DNA of 59,726 bases, the filler included. It is 4 parts of 4 records of this genome, joined end to end, with 100 filler letters (N's around TTAATTAATTAA, not from the genome) between each part and the next. Parts side by side here need not be neighbours in the genome. Positions count along the whole stretch, not along the records: positions 26,732 to 32,757 come from SRR31156797_197; positions 32,858 to 50,911 come from SRR31156797_202; 2 more parts are not named here. One strand, written 5' to 3'. A program made the translations under genes and the position numbers. The notes under the pieces are model-generated. The model saw nothing but the letters and a program-made list of their open reading frames with translations, did not search any database and was not told the DNA's origin. This document shows, one piece after another, positions 30,354-38,828 of this stretch (position 1 is its first letter; each line of letters begins with the position of its first letter).

Positions 30354-30815
30354 TTAATCTATGTTTCTATTTACATTTCTTTCGCTTTCTGTAAAGTGAG
30401 TTGGCGATTCTCGACCTTCCCATTTATTGCCATTTATTAAATATAATTCGTAATACACAATCCATTCAATAAGCCATGGAATTGTATATTCATGAATCAA
30501 AATTTTTTCATTCCAGGGTAAATCCGGTGGATAGTGCAGACAAAGACTATGATCTTGATACATATGAATTTCTCTACATGGTTCAATGTTTGGTTCAAGA
30601 ATGGTTGTTTTAGGTTCACATCCTGCTACATATTCTATTCTTACCTTATACCGACTTTTGCACCCTTCAGGTTTTACAAATCCTGTGCAAACTAACACCT
30701 TCTTCTCTATCCTGCATTTTAGAAATTTAAAATGGCTTTCAACTTGTTTTCTTTGTTTTACAAGCAGAGCATATTTATTATACCTTAATCCTCTAATGAA
30801 TATCTTATTCGTCAT
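30354..30815 (-). CDS. Stand-alone prokaryotic E2 (ubiquitin-conjugating-like) enzyme of CBASS type II-short kind
   Basis: YKVRIEY...PK, HMYQDHSLCLHYP (HxY...LCL catalytic Cys), W...YTIPWLIEWIVYYELY...G.KWEG. Start overlaps the cyclase stop by 11 nt. Confidence 0.8.
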   Translation of the reverse strand: MTNKIFIRGLRYNKYALLVKQRKQVESHFKFLKCRIEKKVLVCTGFVKPEGCKSRYKVRIEYVAGCEPKTTILEPNIEPCREIHMYQDHSLCLHYPPDLPWNEKILIHEYTIPWLIEWIVYYELYLINGNKWEGRESPTHFTESERNVNRNID

Positions 30816-31875
30816 AGTGAAACCTATGGTTTTGATTTTTTACTCCATCAGAAGCGCCTGAAATATTTCCGTGCGAATCAGTAAATGCATTACCACAAGT
30901 TATTAAAGTTGCTGCCTGACGAAGCCTTTTTCTTCTGTCATCCTCTGATTCATAGTACAAACTTCCATCTTCATCTTGTGTGATATACGGTAGGTTTTTC
31001 AAGAATTCATACCATTTAAAATCCAAAACTTTGTAGTAAAAACTTTTGGCTGGGTTCTCAAATATATAGCGTTTCTTGATTTCACCTTTATAGTTTTTTA
31101 CCCAGTCGTACAAGGTATCATCAAGTTCTGATACTGACTTAATATTATCCCCAACTGCAATGCTATTTGCATTTGCGATTGCTTGCATTTTAGATGCAAG
31201 ACTAGTGTGTAAGCTGTATGTAGTAATCTCACTACATGCTCCAATTCCTGCTACAGCCCAAAGAACGGATTCATCATAGCCAAAATCGATTCCTATGCGC
31301 GTATGAATATCTTCAATACCTTCTTCTTCAAATAGTTTCTTTAAATCGTTTTTTACAAAATACGTGAAGAAACTTGTTGCAGTTAATGCACTTATTACGG
31401 CTTGTTTTTTCTCAACATTTTTACCCCCAAAATAAACAAATACACCATCACCTTGTAAACGCTGTATATACCCCCCAAGAATTGCACAGGTATGTATAGC
31501 AGCTCGTTGAATGACGTTTGTAATATTTTTAATTATATCAACAGGGTATTTACGAAACATACCAGTTGAATTTTTTATGTCAATAAAAACAGATGTAATA
31601 TAATGGTATTCAGTCTTACTTGTATTTCTTAGATAGGCAAAGTCAGGATGTTCGCCAAGCCTTTGATTTTTTATTTCTGTTTTCCCAACCGCATTCATTA
31701 ATGGAACTAAACTCTGATTTGGTTGAACATTGACTATAATTCCTTTACTGCTATCGTAAAGTCCTTCAATACCTTCTATCCCTTTCTTAATTGACCTTGA
31801 GGAATCAGTAAATGCACTAAGATTACCTGAAAGTGCACCTTTTATTTCATCAATATAGTTTTGGTATAATTTCAT
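30805..31875 (-). CDS. pycC: Class III nucleotidyl cyclase, PycC-like (Pycsar pyrimidine cyclase)
   Basis: Metal-binding VFIDIKNST and QRLQGDG; RIGIDFG...VLW, SEITT, ASKMQ and upstream GEHPDF as I recall for PycC; directly follows a DUF5706 effector. Confidence 0.82.
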   Translation of the reverse strand: MKLYQNYIDEIKGALSGNLSAFTDSSRSIKKGIEGIEGLYDSSKGIIVNVQPNQSLVPLMNAVGKTEIKNQRLGEHPDFAYLRNTSKTEYHYITSVFIDIKNSTGMFRKYPVDIIKNITNVIQRAAIHTCAILGGYIQRLQGDGVFVYFGGKNVEKKQAVISALTATSFFTYFVKNDLKKLFEEEGIEDIHTRIGIDFGYDESVLWAVAGIGACSEITTYSLHTSLASKMQAIANANSIAVGDNIKSVSELDDTLYDWVKNYKGEIKKRYIFENPAKSFYYKVLDFKWYEFLKNLPYITQDEDGSLYYESEDDRRKRLRQAATLITCGNAFTDSHGNISGASDGVKNQNHRFHYDE

Positions 31876-31878
31876 TTT

Positions 31879-32382
31879 TTAATAATTAAGTGAATAAATA
31901 ACTGTGAAAATCACTATTACAATTGCTTGTAAAGCAATAAGACGTGATGCAACTCTGATTCTAAAAAATTTTTGCTTTAAACCTTTGGCTAACTGATGGG
32001 CTTGGCCTACAAGGTCATTATTGAACTCTTCAGGAGCTTGTTTTAAACACCTGAATATATACTCATCAAGGTTCTGGTTTGCAACATCCTCAAAATAGTA
32101 AACCGAAGATGTATTCTTAATTACCTTTTTACCCAAAAAAGGTTTAACCGCCGATAGTGTAAACAAGATCGAACCAAGACAAATTGCTAGTTCCACAAAA
32201 AATAGAATGTTAAGAACTCCACATAAATTAATATCAGAACTTAAAGAAAGGTATCCTGTAATAACTCCTCCAATTATAAATGTGTTAAGGGCTAAATATA
32301 GATTACTCTTACTGTTAATCCCTTCATAGTAATGATCATATCGACCAATGATAAATTTAATTTCTTCAGATAATTGTCCCAT
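31879..32382 (-). CDS. pycTM: Pycsar transmembrane effector (PycTM, DUF5706-like)
   Basis: 167 aa: INSKSNLYL, TM, TM ending SAVKP, SSVYYFEDVA, QAHQLAKGLKQKF and a C-terminal TM, the DUF5706 layout. Stop lies 3 nt before the cyclase start. Confidence 0.8.
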   Translation of the reverse strand: MGQLSEEIKFIIGRYDHYYEGINSKSNLYLALNTFIIGGVITGYLSLSSDINLCGVLNILFFVELAICLGSILFTLSAVKPFLGKKVIKNTSSVYYFEDVANQNLDEYIFRCLKQAPEEFNNDLVGQAHQLAKGLKQKFFRIRVASRLIALQAIVIVIFTVIYSLNY

Positions 32383-32385
32383 TAG

Positions 32386-32556
32386 TTACTCCTTTCGTAC
32401 CCCTTTAAATGGTTTGTCACTTGATGTTTTTACATCCATAAATCTCCCGGGTTCAGAATCGCGTTTTGTCCAAAGCCCGGTTTTTGGATTTTTTACCTGA
32501 GAACGCTGTCTTACTGCTCCTTTTCTACTTCCATCTTTGGGTGGATTTGTTGCCAT
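32386..32556 (-). CDS. 56-aa Lys/Arg-rich small protein, first gene of the cassette
   Basis: Not in the ORF track. Manual translation: MATNPPKDGSRKGAVRQRSQVKNPKTGLWTKRDSEPGRFMDVKTSSDKPFKGVRKE*. Stop is 3 nt before the effector ATG. Confidence 0.75.
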   Translation of the reverse strand: MATNPPKDGSRKGAVRQRSQVKNPKTGLWTKRDSEPGRFMDVKTSSDKPFKGVRKE

Positions 32557-32589
32557 AATTTCTTTATCTTTAAATATTTTTTACCCTTA

Positions 32590-32618
32590 TACTAAAAGCG
32601 TGAGTCACGCTTTTGGTA
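32590..32618. promoter_or_regulatory. Palindromic operator-like site between divergent genes
   Basis: Perfect AAAAGCGTGA-G-TCACGCTTTT (32594-32614), extendable to 29 bp with one mismatch. Confidence 0.55.
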
Positions 32619-32637
32619 GTTAATAAACAACACTAAA

Positions 32638-32757
32638 TTGGAAGTAATAGAAGAAATTAAGTCAGCCTGTAGTTTAGACCTACTAGAATATATCAGCTGG
32701 AAAAGCGAGTATAGGAATGAAGCCGAAGCAGCATTTGCTGAATTTTGTCTTCGATAT
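32638..32757 (+). CDS. Partial ORF, possibly the N-terminus of an ECF/sigma-70-like factor
   Basis: TTG start, open to the contig end: (M)EVIEEIKSACSLDLLEYISWKSEYRNEAEAAFAEFCLRY. 'AF.E...RY' resembles the entry into ECF sigma region 2. Confidence 0.4.
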
Positions 32758-32857
32758 NNNNNNNNNNNNNNNNNNNNNNNNNNNNNNNNNNNNNNNNNNN
32801 NTTAATTAATTAANNNNNNNNNNNNNNNNNNNNNNNNNNNNNNNNNNNNNNNNNNNN
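32758..32857. other. Artificial contig spacer
   Basis: N44-TTAATTAATTAA-N44. Confidence 0.98.
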
Positions 32858-33748
32858 TACCAAATCTTCATCAATCCCAATTACTTTACCAAAGCCTTCA
32901 CATTTTGGACAGGCACCAACGGGATTGTTAAAACTAAAAGTGTGTACATTAGGATCTTCAAAAACAATTCCATCTGCTTCAAATCGATTTGAGAATTTAT
33001 AACTCACGTCTCGAAACGAAATTAAGCATTCACCGTTACCTTCGTAAAAGGCAGTTTGTAAAGAATCGGCAATTCTATTTTGCGTATCCTCGTCATCGGA
33101 AACTCTTATTCTATCAATAACGATATGAATTGCTTCTTTGTCAGGGATAATTTCTGGAGCTTCTAAAGCGTCATGAATTTTATGAATTTGACCATTAATT
33201 TCAATTCTGGAGAATCCTTGTTTTGATAAAACTTCCAGTTGTTCTTTTTTGCTACGATCGGAATTTTGCATTTCTGCCAATATCATAACGGGAAGATCCT
33301 TCTTCTGCTTTAATATGAAATTAACAACGTCAGTAATAGTATGACGTTTTACCAAAGCATTGGAAATAGGAGAATAGGTTTTTCCAATTCGAGCAAAAAG
33401 CAACTTTAAATAGTCATAAATTTCGGTAGAGGTTCCAACCGTTGAGCGCGGGTTTCTGGTATTTACCTTTTGTTCTATCGCAATAGCAGGAGGAATTCCT
33501 TTTATAAAATCAACCTCAGGTTTATCAATTCTACCCAAAAATTGTCTTGCGTAGGCAGATAAACTTTCAACATATCTTCTTTGTCCTTCAGCATAAAGTG
33601 TATCGAATGCTAAAGATGATTTTCCAGAACCGGATAAACCAGTAATAACAATGAATTGATTCCTTGGAATCTTTAAATCAATGTTTTTTAAATTGTGCAC
33701 TCTAGCACCTTTAATATGAATGTAGTCTTCGCTTATCTTATCAGTCAT
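32858..33748 (-). CDS. uvrA: Excinuclease ABC subunit A, 3' truncated
   Basis: GARVHNLKNI, TGLSGSGKSSLAFDTLYAEGQRRYVESLS, NPRSTVGT and FSFNNPVGACPKCEG. Confidence 0.96.
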
Positions 33749-33802
33749 CGTTAAATTCTCTCCCGGAGTCGATTGTTGAATTATTGTCTTAAATTGAATC
33801 TC

Positions 33803-33833
33803 CAAAGTTATTTAACTTCTAAAGATTTTCAAA
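33803..33833 (-). promoter_or_regulatory. Bacteroidota primary-sigma promoter for uvrA
   Basis: TTTG-N19-TAACTTTG on the minus strand, matching the -33/-7 consensus TTTG/TAnnTTTG. Confidence 0.6.
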
Positions 33834-33942
33834 TCTCAGGAAAAATTAGTTTATTGCATATTGTTACCCCGATTATAAACCATAAATAAGGAGATATTGC
33901 TTATCGATTAAAACTTTACACTGTTTAACAAAGTAAATAGCT

Positions 33943-34539
33943 GTGAATTTGAGAAAAAATAATCCTACCGATTATGATCTCGTTAAGCAATATATTGATG
34001 GTAATCATGATAGTATTGATGTCTTAATCACCAGACACAAGGACCGAGTATACACCTATATCTATCTGATAGTTAAAAATCATATGCTTACGGAAGATCT
34101 GTTTCAGGATACCTTTATAAAGGTAATCCGATCCTTGCGTTTGGGCAAATATCAGGACAATGGAAAATTCCTAGCCTGGGTTTTGCGCATCGCACACAAT
34201 TTGATCATAGATCATTTCAGAAAAGAAAAGCAAAATAACACCTTCTCAAAAGATGATTATGAGCTGGATATTTTTAATTCCAGTAAGTTTTGTGATGAGA
34301 ATTGTGAAGATGATTTGATAAGAACTCAGATTCATCAGGATATTAGAGATTTAGTAGAAGAATTGCCACCAGATCAGCGTGAAGTTGTGATTCTTCGACA
34401 CTATAAAGATTTAAGTTTTAAAGAAATAGCCGACCAGACAGATGTTAGTATTAATACAGCGTTAGGACGTATGCGTTATGCTCTTATTAATATGAGAAAA
34501 ACCATCGAGGATCGGAACATGAGTTTGACTTTTCAGTAG
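33943..34539 (+). CDS. ECF RNA polymerase sigma factor
   Basis: EDLFQDTFIK, FLAWVLRIAHNLIIDHFR and LPPDQREV...SFKEIA...SINTALGRMRYA. Confidence 0.93.
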   Translation: MNLRKNNPTDYDLVKQYIDGNHDSIDVLITRHKDRVYTYIYLIVKNHMLTEDLFQDTFIKVIRSLRLGKYQDNGKFLAWVLRIAHNLIIDHFRKEKQNNTFSKDDYELDIFNSSKFCDENCEDDLIRTQIHQDIRDLVEELPPDQREVVILRHYKDLSFKEIADQTDVSINTALGRMRYALINMRKTIEDRNMSLTFQ

Positions 34540-34561
34540 TCGATTATTTGATTTTTATTAG

Positions 34562-34592
34562 TTAGCCGGAAATTTATTTCCGGCTTTTTTTA
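34562..34592 (+). terminator. Rho-independent terminator
   Basis: AGCCGGAAAT-tt-ATTTCCGGCT followed by a T-tract. Confidence 0.75.
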
Positions 34593-34643
34593 TTTTGAAA
34601 TACTAAAATATAGGAATAGGCGTTTAAGAATTAAACTAAAAGA

Positions 34644-34889
34644 ATGCCTATGAATGAAATTTATACTCTATTACAAAATGACGTATTGCAATCAACTGAT
34701 GAAATGATTTATCTTCTGGAAAAAATTACAGATACTTCTGTTTTTGAATCTGTTGAATTATTAGATCTTTTGGATCGTTTTAAATTAAAACCATCAGGAG
34801 AATTGATTCAAAAAATAAAATCATTTCACCAATCTACATGTAATGTGAATCTTAAAATTCCCGATATTAGGGAAGTATTAATGAATTAA
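34644..34889 (+). CDS. Hypothetical protein
   Basis: 81-aa ORF between two terminator-like hairpins, ending ...VLMN like small Bacteroidota proteins found after this sigma factor. Confidence 0.6.
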   Translation: MPMNEIYTLLQNDVLQSTDEMIYLLEKITDTSVFESVELLDLLDRFKLKPSGELIQKIKSFHQSTCNVNLKIPDIREVLMN

Positions 34890-34890
34890 G

Positions 34891-34924
34891 AAAAAATCGA
34901 GGCAGTTTGTCTCGATTTTTTTTT
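34891..34924 (+). terminator. Rho-independent terminator
   Basis: AAAAAATCGAGGCA-gtt-TGTCTCGATTTTTTTTT. Confidence 0.7.
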
Positions 34925-34992
34925 GTGAAAATTTGTATTGTTACAATTAATTATTGTAAATTGATATCAAAATGATATTAAAACGATAAGAT

Positions 34993-35847
34993 ATGAGACG
35001 AGAAAAATCTTTTACCGGAATATCCGGATTTTTATTGGTATTTGTAGTTCTTCTATTATTAGTGGGAGGTATTTTAGGAATGATGTATATAAAGCATCCA
35101 ATTTTTATATTGTCGTTTCTTTTGTTTTTATTCTGTATTCCAGGTTTTACAGTAGTAAACCCAAATCAATCAGCAGTTTTGGTTTTGTTTGGAGCTTATA
35201 AGGGAACAATTTTATCTAATGGGTTTTTCTGGGTAAATCCATTATTTGTAAAAAGAAAGATATCTTTACGTGCTCGAAATCTCGACAGTGATCCTATTAA
35301 AGTAAATGATAAAATTGGTAATCCTATCATGATTGGAGTTGTTTTGGTTTGGCGAGTTAATGATACCTACAAGGCAGCTTTTGATGTAAATGATTACGAA
35401 CATTTTGTTTCTATTCAATCCGAAGCAGCCATTCGACACATGGCAGGCTCTTATCCATACGATAATTTTGAAGATGAGCAAGCTGAAATTACACTTCGTT
35501 CAGGAGGGAATGATGTAAGTGAGCTGTTAGAGAGTGAATTAACTGATCGTTTGGCAATTGCAGGAATCGAGGTAATGGAGGCAAGAATTAATTACTTGGC
35601 GTATGCCTCGGAAATTGCAGGAGCAATGCTTCGAAGACAACAGGCTACGGCAGTTGTTGCAGCAAGATTTAAGATTGTTGAGGGAGCGGTGAGTATGGTT
35701 GATATGGCATTAGAAGAGTTGGCAGAAAAAGATATAGTAGATTTGGACGAAGATAAGAAAGCAACTATGGTTAGTAACTTAATGGTTGTACTTTGTTCCG
35801 ATAAGGATGCAACTCCTGTTCTGAATACGGGAAGTCTGTATCAATAA
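34993..35847 (+). CDS. SPFH (band 7) domain membrane protein
   Basis: Two TM helices; KVNDKIGNPI, QSEAAIRH and LAYASEIAGAMLRRQQA. Confidence 0.92.
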   Translation: MRREKSFTGISGFLLVFVVLLLLVGGILGMMYIKHPIFILSFLLFLFCIPGFTVVNPNQSAVLVLFGAYKGTILSNGFFWVNPLFVKRKISLRARNLDSDPIKVNDKIGNPIMIGVVLVWRVNDTYKAAFDVNDYEHFVSIQSEAAIRHMAGSYPYDNFEDEQAEITLRSGGNDVSELLESELTDRLAIAGIEVMEARINYLAYASEIAGAMLRRQQATAVVAARFKIVEGAVSMVDMALEELAEKDIVDLDEDKKATMVSNLMVVLCSDKDATPVLNTGSLYQ

Positions 35848-35856
35848 TTGAAGGAT

Positions 35857-36042
35857 ATGACTAAAAAGAAATCATTTGTTCTGAGACTGAGTCCAGAAAT
35901 GTATAAAAAGTTGGAAAAGTGGGCTGTTGATGAATTTCGAAGTACGAATGGACAAATCGAATGGATTCTTGATAAAGCCCTTAAAGAGGCGGGAAGAGCA
36001 AAAAATAAGGAATCCGGGGATTCTGATGAAACCGGAAAATAG
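35857..36042 (+). CDS. Arc-family ribbon-helix-helix protein
   Basis: KKKSFVLRLSPE...KWAVDEFRSTNGQIEW; usual partner of this SPFH family. Confidence 0.85.
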   Translation: MTKKKSFVLRLSPEMYKKLEKWAVDEFRSTNGQIEWILDKALKEAGRAKNKESGDSDETGK

Positions 36043-36068
36043 TTTTAATAGTTATGAGAAAAAGCCCT

Positions 36069-36713
36069 TTATAAGGGCTTTTTTAATGTTTTAAGCATAA
36101 TAGCTTTGTCGTTTTTTTCGCTGATTTCGAATCCCATCTTTTCCATGTATTTAAGATTTTGATTTGATTCGCAGTAGACTCTATCTATTTCATGCTTGCT
36201 GAGTAAATTATTTAATTTTTTGTATAAATAGCTTCCCACCTTAAAATCTCGGTACTGAGGTAAAGCATAATCCAATTCAATTCGTAGTTCATTTTCTTCC
36301 TGAGTTCCTATAAAGATTCCAGCGACAGAAAGATCTCTTAGAACTAGCATAGCCAATTGATTTGGTTGCTTTTTAAATGCTGGGAAGAAGTTACTAATAT
36401 CTTTTTTGTAGAAGTCAAGAAAATGCATTAGTAATTCATCATTCTCTTTTATTTCCATAATTTTGAAATCTTCCTTTCGAGAATACATTTTTCGTAGATT
36501 GTATAAATTGGCACAAACAATCAGGAAATTCATAATCCCTACAGGAAATGCTCCAATTAAGAATCCGTATGCTGAGAATAATACAGCACCAGCTAAGTTG
36601 TACCATCTTAATTTTATTATTGATGTCATGGTTAACGACACCAAAACTAGTATTGAGGCTAAATACCCTATCCATTCCAAAACGGAAATGCCTAAAAAAT
36701 TAAATTCTAACAT
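36069..36713 (-). CDS. YgjV-like membrane protein with soluble C-terminal domain
   Basis: EWIGYLASILV...LRWYNLAG...YG, then a soluble region with LDYALPQYRDFKVG. Confidence 0.7.
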   Translation of the reverse strand: MLEFNFLGISVLEWIGYLASILVLVSLTMTSIIKLRWYNLAGAVLFSAYGFLIGAFPVGIMNFLIVCANLYNLRKMYSRKEDFKIMEIKENDELLMHFLDFYKKDISNFFPAFKKQPNQLAMLVLRDLSVAGIFIGTQEENELRIELDYALPQYRDFKVGSYLYKKLNNLLSKHEIDRVYCESNQNLKYMEKMGFEISEKNDKAIMLKTLKKPL

Positions 36714-36833
36714 AAATGTTTGATCTAGCGGTTTAAATAATAAAGAGAGATCTAAAAATGGTTCGGAATGGTTGTTAAAAGTAGAAACCTTCCGTTTCCG
36801 AAAGGTTTCTCAAATGTAAGAAATATTATTTAA

Positions 36834-38036
36834 TTATAAACCTGTCATTAAGAACAAAGGTTGTAATTCAAAGCTATTGTATTTAGGACGTAGCCTGTCT
36901 ACATTATAATAGCGATCAACATCAACCAATTTTTTTGAGCTGGTGACTATATCAATAGGAGCATTATCGTATCTGCCATTTCGCAGTGTAATTAATCTGC
37001 CATGAATTCCTTTGATAATAAGATCAAGAGCCAAATTTCCGAAAGCCATAGGAACTATGGAATCAATTGCATCGGGATCGCCACAACGGACCATATATCC
37101 TAGCTTTTGATTAATAACATTAATTGGCTTTGAATTGTTGAATTTAGGCGATAGTAATTTCATTTGCTCTGAAACCCGATCGCCTATTCCTCCCAGTTTT
37201 TTATGTCCGTAATCATCCATTACATCATCCTGGAAAATCATTTGCTCTCCCGAAAATGCCGCACCTTCAGAAATTAGAACTACCGAATAACGACTTGGAT
37301 TTGAGAATCGATCTTGAATCATTAATTCAGTTAATCGCTCAATATCAAAATCATATTCTGGAATTACACAACGGTTTGCAGCACCTGCAAGAGTAGGCAG
37401 AATTGCAGTGAAACCCGCATAGCGACCAAAAACTTCTAAAACCAAAAGTCTTTCATGCGATCCTGCAGATGTTCTCAAACTGTGTGTTAAGGATATTGTT
37501 CTTGTTATGCATGTACTAAACCCAATGCAATAGTCTGTTCCTGGAACATCATTATCCATTGTCTTCGGAATGGCAATTACTTTAAATCCTTCTTGATACA
37601 AACGTACACCATAACTTAAAGTATCATCACCACCAATAGGAATTAGGAAATCAATATTTAAAAAATCCAGATTGGAAAGCACCTCTTCAGTTAGGTCATT
37701 TACATCCTGATCGTATTTGTCTTTTAGGTGAGATGGAACTCTCTCTCTTGAAGTTTTTGATGGGTTTACTCTTGAAGTATGCAGAAATGTACCTCCGGTT
37801 CGTCCTATTTTATTAACGATTTCTTCCGTTAAAATTTCAAAATTTTCACTATTGTCTATTTTTTCATCCCGAACGATATCTATAAGTCCTCTCCAGCCTT
37901 TACGGATGCCAATAACTTTATAACCTTCGCGAATAGCTCTAATGGTTACAGCACGAATCGCAGGATTTAATCCAGGTACGTCACCTCCGCCAGTTAAGAT
38001 GCCTATTATTCCTCTACATGAGTTTGATGTTTTCAT
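36834..38036 (-). CDS. pfkA: 6-phosphofructokinase (PfkA family, GGDD/PKT signature)
   Basis: LTGGGDVPGLN, TGGTFLHTSR, IGGDDT, PKTMDND, EVFGRYAG and LGYMVR. Confidence 0.9.
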   Translation of the reverse strand: MKTSNSCRGIIGILTGGGDVPGLNPAIRAVTIRAIREGYKVIGIRKGWRGLIDIVRDEKIDNSENFEILTEEIVNKIGRTGGTFLHTSRVNPSKTSRERVPSHLKDKYDQDVNDLTEEVLSNLDFLNIDFLIPIGGDDTLSYGVRLYQEGFKVIAIPKTMDNDVPGTDYCIGFSTCITRTISLTHSLRTSAGSHERLLVLEVFGRYAGFTAILPTLAGAANRCVIPEYDFDIERLTELMIQDRFSNPSRYSVVLISEGAAFSGEQMIFQDDVMDDYGHKKLGGIGDRVSEQMKLLSPKFNNSKPINVINQKLGYMVRCGDPDAIDSIVPMAFGNLALDLIIKGIHGRLITLRNGRYDNAPIDIVTSSKKLVDVDRYYNVDRLRPKYNSFELQPLFLMTGL

Positions 38037-38164
38037 AGCAATAATCTTTAGTGATTGATAAGAACGTAAAATCACTATAAGTTATCATTTTGTTAATGAA
38101 AATTCAAACAATAAGTTTGCGGATGAGTAACTTAGTTAGAGTATGAAGTCAATTAAGACTAATT

Positions 38165-38827
38165 CTAATTACTGAAACTATAAGAAATGATATTTGCACC
38201 CATTTCAAGTGCTTTGCGATGCTTTAATTCGGTATCATTGTGAACGGCAGTGTCTTCCCATCCATCACCTAAATCAGTTTCATAAGTGTAGAAACATACA
38301 AGTCTTCCTTTGTAAAACAGACCAAAACCTTGTGGAGCTTTACCATCATGTTCATGAATTTTTGGGAGTCCGTTTGGAAAATCATAAACTTGATGATAAA
38401 TTGGATGAGAGTAGGGAAGTTCAATTAATTTTTCATCGGGAAAAACTTTTTTTATTTCTCTTCGGAAATAGGCATTTAAACCATAATTATCATCAACATG
38501 GAGAAAACCACCTGCCATCAAATATTTTCTTAAATTAATAACTTCCTGATTGTTCAGAACTATGTTTCCATGTCCAGTTAAATGCACAAAAGGGAAGGAG
38601 AACAATTCGGGACTACCCACTTCAACCGTGCCAGGCTCTGCTTGAATATTTGCAATTTTATTGTAGTTGCAGAATTGAATTAAATTGGTTAGCGATCCTG
38701 GATTTGCATACCAATCGCCACCGCCGTTATATTTTAACAACCCGATTCTTACCGTTGTGTTTTGAGCAATTGATTCAATGCTAAAAAACAAAAGAAAAAG
38801 TAGAGATATGCGTTTAATTATTTGCAT
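38165..38827 (-). CDS. DUF4159-domain protein
   Basis: KYNGGGDWYANP, HLTGHGN, GGFLHVDDNYG and DLGDGWED. Confidence 0.85.
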   Translation of the reverse strand: MQIIKRISLLFLLFFSIESIAQNTTVRIGLLKYNGGGDWYANPGSLTNLIQFCNYNKIANIQAEPGTVEVGSPELFSFPFVHLTGHGNIVLNNQEVINLRKYLMAGGFLHVDDNYGLNAYFRREIKKVFPDEKLIELPYSHPIYHQVYDFPNGLPKIHEHDGKAPQGFGLFYKGRLVCFYTYETDLGDGWEDTAVHNDTELKHRKALEMGANIISYSFSN

Positions 38828-38828
38828 T

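Larger units (their letters stand above)
26732..32757. mobile_element. Fragment of a Bacteroidota CTnDOT-like conjugative/mobilisable element carrying a defence cassette
   Basis: mobB-mobA divergent from parA(traA)-DUF3408-DUF4122-like genes, the usual CTn arrangement. Element ends are not visible. Confidence 0.8.

Noticed and set aside
30354-31875. Calling the cassette an ordinary type II-short CBASS
   Set aside because: The enzyme has class III cyclase motifs (FIDIKNST, QGDG, RIGIDFG), not the GS...DxD nucleotidyltransferase signature of CD-NTases.
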